DNA of 64,000 bases from Candidatus Daviesbacteria bacterium (GTDB lineage Bacteria; Patescibacteriota; Microgenomatia; Daviesbacterales; UBA10151), in the NCBI GenBank assembly GCA_016187025.1, contig JACPKM010000008.1, positions 1,361 through 65,360 of the forward strand, written 5' to 3'. The position numbers and the translations under genes are program-made. Shown piece by piece: positions 1-9,782 of the stretch (the first letter of the stretch is position 1; every line of letters begins with the position of its first letter). The notes under the pieces are model-generated. The model was given only the letters and a program-made list of their open reading frames with translations, had not been told where the DNA came from and ran no database searches.

Positions 1-397
1 AAAGCGCTCTAGCCCGTTTTTGAGCCAACTCCGGATCTTCTATCTCCTGTACCCTTTCATATCCCACTCTGGCTAGCCATCTTTTAAAAGGTTCTGCTTT
101 TGGTGAAGGAATTGATTGAATAATTCTAAAAATACCTTCAGTATTGGCACAGTTCATTTTTTGTTTACCGCCAGTAGTTTCGATGGAAAGGGTATGTACA
201 ATTTGTACCCACCCTTTAGAAAGTTCTGGGTCACGAAGTCTCATACGCTGGATATATTGCTTTGAATCACTTGAATCAATAAGTGCCAAAACTACATCCT
301 CAACTACAAACCACCACTCATTTTTATGGATGGTTTTTCTTATTTTCCTATTTCGGAAAATGGCTATTTTAGTTGTTTGCGTTGTTTCTTGATTCAT
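1..397 (-). CDS. Bro-N domain protein (prophage antirepressor-like), runs off the window edge
   Basis: Not in the ORF track. My translation from ATG 397: MNQETTQTTKIAIFRNRKIRKTIHKNEWWFVVEDVV...TGGKQKMNCANTEGIFRIIQSIPSPKAEPFKRWLARVGYERVQEIEDPE, a typical Bro-N signature. Confidence 0.85.
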   Translation of the reverse strand, partial: MNQETTQTTKIAIFRNRKIRKTIHKNEWWFVVEDVVLALIDSSDSKQYIQRMRLRDPELSKGWVQIVHTLSIETTGGKQKMNCANTEGIFRIIQSIPSPKAEPFKRWLARVGYERVQEIEDPELAQKRARAL

Positions 398-483
398 ATT
401 AGTTAAAAAGTGTTAATATATTTTATTATACATACAAAACCCGTAATTACTAGGGATTATACAAAAAATCTGGTAAAATAAGC

Positions 484-616
484 GGAGCTTGATACTCGCT
501 GGTGCTCGTATTAGGCGAGGAGCTAAATTCTTGAATAAACTCTGACAGTCTGGTTAAGACTTCGTTAGGAACTCCAGATTAGGAATTAACATGGTAACAA
601 TTTAGGAGCCTTGCCC
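484..616 (+). ncRNA. Putative structured non-coding RNA, family unknown
   Basis: Extended -10 TGGTAAAAT at 471-479. Stems GCUUGAUAC/GUAUUAGGC, GGCGAGG/CCUUGCC, CUAAAUU/AAUUUAG and AGUCUGG/CCAGAUU; the G-U pairs favour the + strand. No ORF. Confidence 0.35.
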
Positions 617-964
617 TTAAAGACTATTTAGGTCCTGGTCAATATCACTAAATCCACTGTCTGAAGCTTCAACTTCTATGGAGTTTAGTTCAGCCTGAAC
701 TGTTGATAATACACTTTCTGGTTGTTGAGTCGCAGGTCTTTTATAACTTTGTGATTTAGATGAAGATAAGGAACTGGCTAAAAGATAATAGCCACCAGCT
801 CCTAAAACCAGTATTAATACTAAAATTGCCAATATAATAGGCAACTTATTACTTTTGCCCGATTGGGTAGATATTGGAGTATTTGGGTTTTGGTTCTGTT
901 GAGTGGGGGTAGAATTTACCCCTGTAGTTTGATTTTGGTTTGTATCAGCTTGATTTGGATCCAT
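617..964 (-). CDS. Single-pass membrane protein with Q/N/T-rich N-terminus
   Basis: Low-complexity N-terminus and one TM segment (LPIILAILVLILVLGAGGYYLL); coupled to the upstream ORF by TAATG. Confidence 0.75.
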   Translation of the reverse strand: MDPNQADTNQNQTTGVNSTPTQQNQNPNTPISTQSGKSNKLPIILAILVLILVLGAGGYYLLASSLSSSKSQSYKRPATQQPESVLSTVQAELNSIEVEASDSGFSDIDQDLNSL

Positions 965-1626
965 TAATTACCTCCTAATGTCTGTTTAGCAACCCTTACT
1001 ACGTTAGAAACTGATTGTTTTGCCTCTACCACCAATTTCCTTATTTCAAATAGGTCATTATGTAAGGCATCTCTTGCAGTTTTGACATCCTCTTTTGCTT
1101 TTTTCTCGCTGGTAAGGTTGATTGTGTAATCCTTTGTAGTTTGAGTCTCTACAGCTGTTTTAGCTTTTTCAATTGCTGCTTTCGCATCTGAAATTACTTG
1201 GTTTGTTTGTGTTGTGTCTTTCCCGCTTGCTGAGGCTTCAGTTACTCTTGTTTCAATCTTTTGAAGCATCTGTTCAAGTCTTGTAATATAATCAGTCATG
1301 GCACCTGTGCGCTTCTGATTTACATTTGTAATTTGGGTATTTACCCTTTCAACAATCTGAGCTTTTTTCTTATCCTTAAATGTTTTAACTTTTACTTTTA
1401 ATGTAGCTTCTCTAGATGCAATAGCAATCCTTTTTTCTTCTAACCGTGTCTGTACGTTCTCTTTTCTTGTTTCAAGTTTTTCTTTTGCCTGCTCTTTTCT
1501 TTCTTCAATTCTTTGCTTTAGTGCTTCTCTAGGCGTTGCTGACGTGGTGGTATCTTGAGCCAAAACTGCACAGGCTGTAGTTAAAAATACGGAAAGTGCA
1601 ATAAATACCGGCAGTAAATGTCTCAC
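964..1626 (-). CDS. Secreted coiled-coil protein
   Basis: Signal peptide (AVLA-Q) followed by K/E-rich helical sequence. Confidence 0.8.
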   Translation of the reverse strand: MRHLLPVFIALSVFLTTACAVLAQDTTTSATPREALKQRIEERKEQAKEKLETRKENVQTRLEEKRIAIASREATLKVKVKTFKDKKKAQIVERVNTQITNVNQKRTGAMTDYITRLEQMLQKIETRVTEASASGKDTTQTNQVISDAKAAIEKAKTAVETQTTKDYTINLTSEKKAKEDVKTARDALHNDLFEIRKLVVEAKQSVSNVVRVAKQTLGGN

Positions 1627-1696
1627 TTATTAAATTTAACAAAGTCGCAATAGTTTGTCAATTTGGAACTAATTTTGTACAATTAACAGATGCGAT

Positions 1697-1769
1697 GCGC
1701 CCGTAGCTCAGCGGATAGAGCAAAGGATTTCTAATCCTTAGGCCGGGGGTCCGAATCCCTCCGGGCGCG
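1697..1769 (+). tRNA. tRNA-Arg(TCT)
   Basis: Acceptor GCGCCCG/CGGGCGC, anticodon arm AAGGA-TTTCTAA-TCCTT, T-loop TCCGAAT; CCA not encoded. Confidence 0.93.
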
Positions 1770-1775
1770 CAAAAG

Positions 1776-2648
1776 GTGATAAGTCTATGTCATAATGACA
1801 TAGTGCTATTTGGGAAAAAGATTCTATTTGTAATTATACCCGTTATTTTTGTATTACTTGCTATCGCTTTTTTCCGTTTTAATCTACAGGAGAAAATCGA
1901 AAGAAGGATTTTAGGATTAAGTGCATCTAGGCAAGCTTCAAGTGAGCCGAAACAAGTATCTATTAAAGGTAAGCAGAAAGTAAAATATCCTGAGGATTAC
2001 ACAATATTGCTGCTCGGGGATTCAATGACAGAAAGGCTAGGAAACAGCGATGAGCTAAGAGCCTACTTAAAAGGGTATTACCCTAACAAAAGCTTTGAAG
2101 TATTAAATTATGGTTTTGGATCCACCAATATTCTATCTGTTCAGGAAAGGCTGGAAAAAGAAACTTTTCATGGCAGAAAATTCCGGCCTATTTTAGATAT
2201 TGCCTTTGACTTAATTCTTATTGAATCCTTTGGCCACAATCCCTTATCTCAATTTTCTTTAGAAGAAGGTCTTAGAAAACAAACCGGGGCCCTGGATAAA
2301 ATTGTTGCTAGTATCAGGAAAGAAAACCCTAATACAAAATTACTGTTTGTAGCAACCATTGCCCCCAATAAAAGAAGCTATGGAGAAGGGCAGGTTGACT
2401 TAACACCTGATGTAAGAGAAAAATGGGCCTTAGAAAGAAATGCCTATATTAAAAACCATATTGAGTATGCAAACTCACACCAGATCCCCTTAATAAATAT
2501 TTTTGAGAAGTCGTTAAATGAAGATGGGGACGGAGATTTGATGTATATTGATTCTGCAGATTTTATTCATCCCTCCCCCAGCGGAATTTATTTTATCAGC
2601 AAAGAGATTGCAGATTACGTTTATAACAACAAGATATTAAACCCTTAA
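1776..2648 (+). CDS. Membrane-anchored SGNH/GDSL hydrolase
   Basis: N-terminal TM, LLGDSMT block I, GHN block III, DFIHP block V. Confidence 0.85.
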   Translation: MISLCHNDIVLFGKKILFVIIPVIFVLLAIAFFRFNLQEKIERRILGLSASRQASSEPKQVSIKGKQKVKYPEDYTILLLGDSMTERLGNSDELRAYLKGYYPNKSFEVLNYGFGSTNILSVQERLEKETFHGRKFRPILDIAFDLILIESFGHNPLSQFSLEEGLRKQTGALDKIVASIRKENPNTKLLFVATIAPNKRSYGEGQVDLTPDVREKWALERNAYIKNHIEYANSHQIPLINIFEKSLNEDGDGDLMYIDSADFIHPSPSGIYFISKEIADYVYNNKILNP

Positions 2649-3274
2649 ATCTTACCCTTATCGGGGTTTTCTGCACGGATCTCCTTGGATAAAACCTTAC
2701 CCTCTTTGTCTATTTTGTATATGTGTACCTCACCTATTCCAAATTCTAATTCCATAAACTGCTCTTCTGTTAAATTATCCAAATATTTTTCCAATGCCCT
2801 AAGTGCATTCCCGTGGGATACAACCAGTATATTTTTATCCGATTTCAAAAGAGGAAGAATCTTTTTTTCATAATATGGCACTATTCTTTTATAAACATCC
2901 TTCATTGTTTCACCATCAGGAATTGGATAATCCCAGCCTCTTCTGATTTTTTCAAATTCTTCCTCCCCCACCTGTTTTTCTATCTCCCACTTATTTTTAC
3001 CTGTATAAATCCCATAATCCCTTTCATCTAAGGCCAAATCCTGTGTAATTGGAACGTTAAGGTTTAGAGTATCTTTAATAGCTTCAAAAGTTTTTATGGA
3101 GCGGATAAGGGCCGAAACAAATACATGATCAATTTTTATATCTAGAAGTTGCCAAGCCGCATTTTTGGCGTCCTTTCTACCTTGCTGGCTCAAGGGAACA
3201 TCTTCTAATCCAGTCCAAAGACCTAGCTCATTCCACTGTGACTTACCATGTCTTACTAATATAAGATAAGACAC
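2645..3274 (-). CDS. gpmA: 2,3-bisphosphoglycerate-dependent phosphoglycerate mutase
   Basis: LVRHGKSQWN, ERDYG and SHGNALRAL motifs. Confidence 0.95.
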   Translation of the reverse strand: MSYLILVRHGKSQWNELGLWTGLEDVPLSQQGRKDAKNAAWQLLDIKIDHVFVSALIRSIKTFEAIKDTLNLNVPITQDLALDERDYGIYTGKNKWEIEKQVGEEEFEKIRRGWDYPIPDGETMKDVYKRIVPYYEKKILPLLKSDKNILVVSHGNALRALEKYLDNLTEEQFMELEFGIGEVHIYKIDKEGKVLSKEIRAENPDKGKI

Positions 3275-4585
3275 TTAACTTAAGGCCTCACTTCCTGCAA
3301 ATTTAGCCTTGGTACCCAACTCTTCCTCAATTCTTAATAACTGATTATATTTTGCTATTCTTTCAGACCGGGATAAGGAACCTGTTTTAATTTGACCGGC
3401 AGACAGACCAACTGCAAGATCTGCTATGGTGGTGTCCTCAGTTTCACCAGATCTATGAGAAATAATTGTTTTCCAGCTGGCTTTCTTTGCCATCTTTAAT
3501 ACATTAATGGCCTCAGTTAAGGTACCTATTTGGTTTGGCTTGATCAAGATTGCATTTCCTGCCTTTTCTTTGATTGCTTTCTCTAAAAACTTAGTGTTTG
3601 TTACCAGCAAATCGTCTCCAACCAGCTGCATTTTAGAACCTAGCTTTTCAGTAAGCTTACTCCAGCCTTGCCAATCAGATTCTGATAACCCATCCTCAAT
3701 TGACCTTATTGGGTATTTGTCTACTAACACACTTAACCAGTTGATCATTTGATCTGTAGAGAAAACCTTATCCTCTCTTTTTAGAGTGTATTTACCATCT
3801 TCAAACAGCTCTGATGCTGCTATGTCAAGTCCAATAACAAAGTCTTTTTCAGCCTTGTAGCCAGCCTTACTTACAGCTTCAAGAATAAGCTCAATACTTT
3901 CTGTATTACCTGATTTTACTAAAGGCGCATATCCACCCTCATCACCAACTGTTGTTAAGTAACCTTTTTTGAGCAAAACCTCTGCTAAATGATGAAATAC
4001 CTCATCACTTGTTCTTAAGGCCTCAGAGAACGTTTTTGCTCCAATGGGCATTATCATGTACTCTTGTATATCTGTTGCCCAAGAAGCGTGTTTGCCTCCA
4101 TTGATAATATTTACCATTGGTAGTGGAAGCAGTAATTGATCGGATGAAAGGTTAACTAGTTTTGCAAAATATTTATAAAGAGGCAGATTAGTAGATAAGG
4201 CTGCTGCTTTTGCGCTAGCCAAAGAAACAGCCAAAATTGCATTTGCACCTAAGTTTGACTTACTTTCCGTACCATCCAGTCCGATTAACTTCTTATCAAT
4301 TAAATCCTGATCCTGCGGGTTGGAATTCACTAATAAATCATTTATTTTAGTGTTGATATTCAAAACAGCTTTCAGCACTCCATTACCTAAAAATTTTGAA
4401 TAGTCTTTATCCCGCAGTTCAATATCCTCATGCATTCCTATAGATGCGCCCGATGGAACAGAGGCTCTGCCGGCAACTCCATTATCCAAGATTACATCAG
4501 CCTCAACAGTAGGATTTCCTCTTGAGTCCAGAATTTGCCTTGCCTGAATTTTAATTATATTCACTAAAGTTAATATATCCCCCAC
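3275..4585 (-). CDS. eno: Enolase
   Basis: [17 protein letters not shown] and SHRSGETED motifs; true start may be a few codons downstream. Confidence 0.98.
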   Translation of the reverse strand: MGDILTLVNIIKIQARQILDSRGNPTVEADVILDNGVAGRASVPSGASIGMHEDIELRDKDYSKFLGNGVLKAVLNINTKINDLLVNSNPQDQDLIDKKLIGLDGTESKSNLGANAILAVSLASAKAAALSTNLPLYKYFAKLVNLSSDQLLLPLPMVNIINGGKHASWATDIQEYMIMPIGAKTFSEALRTSDEVFHHLAEVLLKKGYLTTVGDEGGYAPLVKSGNTESIELILEAVSKAGYKAEKDFVIGLDIAASELFEDGKYTLKREDKVFSTDQMINWLSVLVDKYPIRSIEDGLSESDWQGWSKLTEKLGSKMQLVGDDLLVTNTKFLEKAIKEKAGNAILIKPNQIGTLTEAINVLKMAKKASWKTIISHRSGETEDTTIADLAVGLSAGQIKTGSLSRSERIAKYNQLLRIEEELGTKAKFAGSEALS

Positions 4586-4627
4586 TTGATAACTTTACAA
4601 GCATATTATAAATGCTACTATGAAGAT

Positions 4628-7051
4628 ATGCCTGCCCCATTTGTAAAGCTTTTCGAAGAGGTTTCCATAGAGGATGTTGCTGAAGTTGGCGGAAAAAATG
4701 CCTCTTTGGGTGAGCTTATTGGTGAGCTTGTCTATAATGGGATAGATGTTCCTGGAGGCTACATAGTCACTGCATCTGCTTATCAATACTTTTTATCGCA
4801 AACATCTCTTGATCTATTTATTAAAAACACTCTATCTAACTTAGATACAAACAACTTAGAACAGCTTTCTGAGAAAGCAAAGCAAATTAGGGAAAAAATT
4901 GTTAAAGCAAATTTTCCAAATGATCTTAAGCAAGCCATAGAAAAAGCACACCAGGACGCAGAAAGAAGATACGGTAAACTGGCAGATTTTGCCGTCAGAT
5001 CATCTGCAACTGCTGAGGATTTACCAGATGCTTCTTTTGCCGGAGAGCATGAAACATTTTTAAATATCTCTGGTGTAGACAATATTTTGGTAGCAACCAA
5101 AAAAGCCATGGCATCACTTTTTACTGATCGAGCCATCTCATACAGGGTAGATAAAGGCTTTGATCACCTAAAAATTTCTCTTTCAGTTGGAATACAAAAG
5201 ATGGTTAGGTCAGATTTATCCTGTTCCGGAATTATGTTTACACTTGATACAGAAACCGGATTTAAAGATTTGGTAGTTATTAATGGCTCATGGGGCTTAG
5301 GAGAAATGATAGTTCAGGGAAAAGTAACCCCTGATGAATTTTTAGTTTTTAAACCCACTCTAAACAAGCCTAGACACAAAAGCTTGTTTAAAAAAGACTA
5401 TTACCAGCCAATAATTGAGAAAAAAATAGGAAAAAAGGACCACAAAATGGTATATGGTGATTCTACTGGCACAAAAGTAATAGACACCTCCCAGCAAGAA
5501 AAACAGCAATTTGTTCTAACTGATGCTGAAATTTTAAAGCTTGCCACTTGGGCAACTATAATTGAGAAACATTACTCTGAGAAACACCGTAAATGGACTC
5601 CAATGGATATGGAATGGGCAAAAGATGGCAAAAGTGGCAAATTATACATAGTGCAAGCGCGCCCGGAGACCGTTCATTCGGTGAGAGACTACACTAAAGT
5701 TATAACATACCAAAGGTCTGAGAATGGAAAAGTAATCACAAAGGGCGCATCAGTTGGCAATAAGATTTCATCAGGTAAGGCAAGAATAATCATGGATGTT
5801 AAAAACATCTCAAATTTTAAAAAAGGCGAGGTTTTGGTAACAGACATGACCGATCCCAACTGGGAACCTGTCATGAAACTGGCCTCAGCAATTATTACAG
5901 ATAAAGGTGGCAGAACAAGCCATGCAGCCATTGTTTCAAGAGAGCTGGGTATTGCTTGTGTTGTAGGAACTGAAAACTCAACCCAAAAAGTAAAAACAGG
6001 CATGGATTTGACAGTTGACACAACAGGCAGTGAAGGAATTGTTTTTGAAGGAAAGCTTAATTTTAAAATTGAGGAGCATGATATTAAAAAAATCCCTCAA
6101 ACCAAAATCAAAATCATGCTAAATATTGCTACCCCTGACACAGCTTTTGAAAAATCTTTTCTGCCAAACAAAGGAGTGGGTTTGGCAAGAGAGGAGTTTA
6201 TAATTGCATCAAATATAGGTATACATCCTATGGCTTTGGTAAATTTTAATAGCCTGCCAGCTGAGTTAAAAGGCAAAATAGACAAAAAAACTTTAGGATA
6301 TAAAAACAAAACCCAGTTTTATGTTGATAAACTCGCATCAGGTATTGCAAAAATCTCAGCTGCCTTTTATCCAAATCCGGTAATAGTCAGATTTTCTGAC
6401 TTTAAAACAAATGAGTATCGGTCTCTACTGGGAGGTAGCCTTTATGAGCCTGTTGAAGAAAATCCTATGATCGGTTTTAGAGGTGCATCCCGTTACTACA
6501 ACCCACAGTTTATCCAGGCATTTATTTTGGAAATTGAAGCTATCAAAAAAGTTAGAAATGTTTTTGGGCTTACCAATACCTGTACAATGATTCCTTTTTG
6601 CAGAACTGTGGATGAAGGTAAGATGGTTTTAGAAATCATGGAGAGATTTGGCCTGTCACGCAAAAAAGATAAAAGCTTGAAGGTTTTTATGATGTGTGAG
6701 ATACCAGCAAATGTAATTTTAGCTGATGACTTTTTGGATATATTTGACGGAATGAGTATAGGCAGTAATGATTTGAGCCAGCTTACACTAGGGATTGACC
6801 GGGATGGAAATGAAAAGATTAAGTCAATCAGCAATGAAAATGACAAAGCTGTAAAAGAGCTTATTAAAACCGTTATTAAAAAATGTAGGCAAAGGGGTAA
6901 ATATATTGGCATTTGCGGCCAGGCACCCTCAGACTATGAAGATTTTGCCATGTTTTTAGTAAAATCCGGAATAGAAAGTATATCTCTAAATCCGGATACA
7001 GTTATAAAAACAACTCTAAGAATCTTTCAGCAAGAGCAAGCGCTTATTTAA
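4628..7051 (+). CDS. ppsA: Phosphoenolpyruvate synthase
   Basis: VGGKNASLGE, AVRSSATAEDL, GGRTSHAAI phospho-His and SIGSNDL. Start moved to ATG 4628, just after the -10 TACTAT. Confidence 0.96.
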   Translation: MPAPFVKLFEEVSIEDVAEVGGKNASLGELIGELVYNGIDVPGGYIVTASAYQYFLSQTSLDLFIKNTLSNLDTNNLEQLSEKAKQIREKIVKANFPNDLKQAIEKAHQDAERRYGKLADFAVRSSATAEDLPDASFAGEHETFLNISGVDNILVATKKAMASLFTDRAISYRVDKGFDHLKISLSVGIQKMVRSDLSCSGIMFTLDTETGFKDLVVINGSWGLGEMIVQGKVTPDEFLVFKPTLNKPRHKSLFKKDYYQPIIEKKIGKKDHKMVYGDSTGTKVIDTSQQEKQQFVLTDAEILKLATWATIIEKHYSEKHRKWTPMDMEWAKDGKSGKLYIVQARPETVHSVRDYTKVITYQRSENGKVITKGASVGNKISSGKARIIMDVKNISNFKKGEVLVTDMTDPNWEPVMKLASAIITDKGGRTSHAAIVSRELGIACVVGTENSTQKVKTGMDLTVDTTGSEGIVFEGKLNFKIEEHDIKKIPQTKIKIMLNIATPDTAFEKSFLPNKGVGLAREEFIIASNIGIHPMALVNFNSLPAELKGKIDKKTLGYKNKTQFYVDKLASGIAKISAAFYPNPVIVRFSDFKTNEYRSLLGGSLYEPVEENPMIGFRGASRYYNPQFIQAFILEIEAIKKVRNVFGLTNTCTMIPFCRTVDEGKMVLEIMERFGLSRKKDKSLKVFMMCEIPANVILADDFLDIFDGMSIGSNDLSQLTLGIDRDGNEKIKSISNENDKAVKELIKTVIKKCRQRGKYIGICGQAPSDYEDFAMFLVKSGIESISLNPDTVIKTTLRIFQQEQALI

Positions 7052-7861
7052 ATCCATTGCCACGTCTCTGGCTTTTTGTGCAAAATCTTTTCCGTCTGAT
7101 GCAAATATTATTCCTCTTGATGAGTTAATAATCATTCCCCACCCGCCACTAGCCATTCCAGATCTAACAGTGTTTTCTATCTCACCACCCTGTGTTCCTA
7201 ATCCGGGAATTAGTATTGGCAAATCACCAATGAGTTTTCTTACCTGTACCAGCTCACTTGGGTAAGTGGCTCCAACAACTACTCCACAGTTTCCATTTTT
7301 ATTCCAGTTCCGGGCAACTCTTTCTGCTACTACCTGATAAAGTGGTTTGCCTCCTTCACCTACTACTAAATCCTGGAATTCAGCTGATCCCGGATTAGAT
7401 GTTTTAGCCAAAACTATAATAAGCTTATCTTTTCTTTCCAAAAAAGGCTCCAGTGCTTCCTGTCCCAAATATGGACTGACTGTAACCCCATCCATTTTCA
7501 AATTATCGAATATGGAGGAAACATAACCTTCATTGGTGCTACCAATATCACCTCTTTTGGCATCCAATATTACTGCAATATCAGGGTAATTTTCTTTTAG
7601 GTAAGTTGAGGTTTTTTTCAAAGCAGTGAGCCCATCTGTGCCATAAGCTTCATAAAATGCGGCATTGGGTTTATATGCACAAACTAAATCAAAAGTTGAG
7701 TCAATAATTGCTTTGTTAAACTCAAAGATATCAGAAGCGATATCTCCTGTCCTATTAGGAAGTCTTTTATAATCAGAATCCAATCCTACACAGATAAAAA
7801 GATTCTTACTCCACCTTTTTTCTAATTTTTTAATGGTTGAGTTTGCCATTGTAGTATTCAA
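7016..7861 (-). CDS. pyrF: Orotidine-5'-phosphate decarboxylase (type 2)
   Basis: CVGLD, YKPN, ILDAKRGDIGST, VVGAT and LIPGLG. Confidence 0.95.
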   Translation of the reverse strand: MNTTMANSTIKKLEKRWSKNLFICVGLDSDYKRLPNRTGDIASDIFEFNKAIIDSTFDLVCAYKPNAAFYEAYGTDGLTALKKTSTYLKENYPDIAVILDAKRGDIGSTNEGYVSSIFDNLKMDGVTVSPYLGQEALEPFLERKDKLIIVLAKTSNPGSAEFQDLVVGEGGKPLYQVVAERVARNWNKNGNCGVVVGATYPSELVQVRKLIGDLPILIPGLGTQGGEIENTVRSGMASGGWGMIINSSRGIIFASDGKDFAQKARDVAMDLNKRLLLLKDS

Positions 7862-8786
7862 TTGTCTTTTTCAGACCTTCCTCCAGTCCTATTTTAGGCA
7901 CCCAACCAAGTTGATCTTTTGCCTTTGTGATATCAGGGCACCGTTGAAGTGGGTCATCTTCCGGTAGGGGCTCTTTTGTGACAAGCTCAGATTCAGAATT
8001 TGTGAGCTTTATTATCTTTTTACCCAACTCTAAAACCGTATACTCATTAGGATTACCCAGATTATATATTTCACCTATTGCGCCCTTTTTCATGGTTAAA
8101 ACTATTCCATCTATAAGATCCGATACATAACAAAATGATCTTGTTTGTGTACCATCTCCAAAAACCGGAAAGAATCTATGTTCCAGTGAGGCTTTAATAA
8201 ATTCTGTCACTACCCTACCATCATCTATCGCCATCCTAGGACCGTAGGTGTTAAAAATGCGGATAATTTTTCCATCTAGCCCTTTAGATCTGATGAAAGC
8301 AGCGGTAATAGTTTCTCCGAATCTTTTGGCTTCATCATAAACTGATCTGGGCCCAGTAGTGGAAACATTTCCTCTATACTCTTCTTTTTGCGGGTGTTGC
8401 AGCGGATCACCGTATATTTCAGAGGTTGAAGCGAATAAAAACTTGGCTCCGTTTTTAACACACCACTGCGCCAAATTCCAGGTACCCGTGGTGTTAACCT
8501 GCATAGTTTCAAAAGCTAAAGCGTGATAAGATTTCGGACTCTTAAAATTTGGGGATGCCGGTGAGGCCAGATGATAAACTTGATCTGCATGAATGTTATC
8601 TGGCAAAGGTTTAGTAACATCATGCTCCAAGAATTCAAAATTAGGGTTATCCAGTAGATGCTCAATATTCTTCCTGGTGCCGGTTAAAAGATTATCTATA
8701 CATACAACCTGATGACTCTGTTCTATCAGCTTATCGCAAAGGTGTGATCCCAGAAACCCTGCTCCACCTGTAACATAAACTATCAT
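7830..8786 (-). CDS. UDP-glucuronate decarboxylase-like NAD-dependent epimerase/dehydratase
   Basis: TGGAGFLGS, LASPASP, STSEIYGDP, YDEAKR and RIFNTYGPRM. Confidence 0.9.
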   Translation of the reverse strand: MIVYVTGGAGFLGSHLCDKLIEQSHQVVCIDNLLTGTRKNIEHLLDNPNFEFLEHDVTKPLPDNIHADQVYHLASPASPNFKSPKSYHALAFETMQVNTTGTWNLAQWCVKNGAKFLFASTSEIYGDPLQHPQKEEYRGNVSTTGPRSVYDEAKRFGETITAAFIRSKGLDGKIIRIFNTYGPRMAIDDGRVVTEFIKASLEHRFFPVFGDGTQTRSFCYVSDLIDGIVLTMKKGAIGEIYNLGNPNEYTVLELGKKIIKLTNSESELVTKEPLPEDDPLQRCPDITKAKDQLGWVPKIGLEEGLKKTIEYYNGKLNH

Positions 8787-8827
8787 ACCATTTAGAATAG
8801 ATGATCTTTACCTAAGATGCAAATACT

Positions 8828-9730
8828 TTACCTTCTTTTTCCAAGCCCGGGTAGTCCAGCCCTAACCTGGTGCATTAAGGATAGTCTTTGGGCTTCTTCC
8901 CATGATAACTGCGAGGAAGATAATAGGTTTTCAAGGGCATTTTGGTCTTCTGGAGTTACTACCCGATTAATAGCTGCATTAATCCCAGGAAACATGGGTG
9001 TATTTTTATAATATACTGTAGAAGATATAAACAGCCTACCTGGTAGCCTTCCCCTGCCCGTTGAATATAAGTACATGCCTGTTAAGAAGGTAAACACGAT
9101 CTCCGGGTCAATCATGTGTGGATCCTTAAGGCCTGCTAGACTAGGCGGCAAAATAGTTATATCTATATCGTCTACCCGGCCGTAAAATTTATTTTTAAAT
9201 AACTTGTCTGTGTAATCAACAAACGCAGTTTCCGATGAAAGTCTATAGGGAAAATTAGATCTAGAAGCGGCCTTTAGACGCATTGATCTTACTATGTATT
9301 GGATAAAAATATCCACATCTTCCCTGTCTTCCAACCCCACAACCCTTCTGCCTGCAATTAAATCGCCAAGACCTACCCCATCCATAGTAATCAGGTCCGG
9401 ATAAAAAATAGTATCTTTGTCTACTATTGTAGGTAGTGTTTGTAATTTTTGATCCTGTTTCTTTGAAAGTTCGCTTTGGGTATACGCACTGCACCCTCTT
9501 TGTCCATCATAAGTTCTTCTTATGGCTCTAGCTGCTTCTAATCGGCTAAATAAGGTAACCATGTTTTTTATCCCTCCGCAAGAAATAATCTCTGATGCCG
9601 GAGTACAAAAAACCTTTCCATCTATTGAGCTGTATGTTGCACAACCCGGGAGAGTGGCGGATTTTAATTTAGGCGAGGTACACTCTCCTCTGCTGCCCAT
9701 ATCTGCGCATAAACGGTCTACACCAAACAT
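8828..9730 (-). CDS. Hypothetical protein with Cys-rich N-terminus
   Basis: 300-aa ORF filling the gap; no motif recognised. Confidence 0.6.
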   Translation of the reverse strand: MFGVDRLCADMGSRGECTSPKLKSATLPGCATYSSIDGKVFCTPASEIISCGGIKNMVTLFSRLEAARAIRRTYDGQRGCSAYTQSELSKKQDQKLQTLPTIVDKDTIFYPDLITMDGVGLGDLIAGRRVVGLEDREDVDIFIQYIVRSMRLKAASRSNFPYRLSSETAFVDYTDKLFKNKFYGRVDDIDITILPPSLAGLKDPHMIDPEIVFTFLTGMYLYSTGRGRLPGRLFISSTVYYKNTPMFPGINAAINRVVTPEDQNALENLLSSSQLSWEEAQRLSLMHQVRAGLPGLGKRR

Positions 9731-9782
9731 AAAGAAATTATACTATAAGTTAGTACCTGCGTACAACTATCGCCTCTTAAAC

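Noticed and set aside
1-397. Prophage suggested by the Bro-N gene
   Set aside because: No integrase, terminase or structural genes in the window; the region to the left is unseen.
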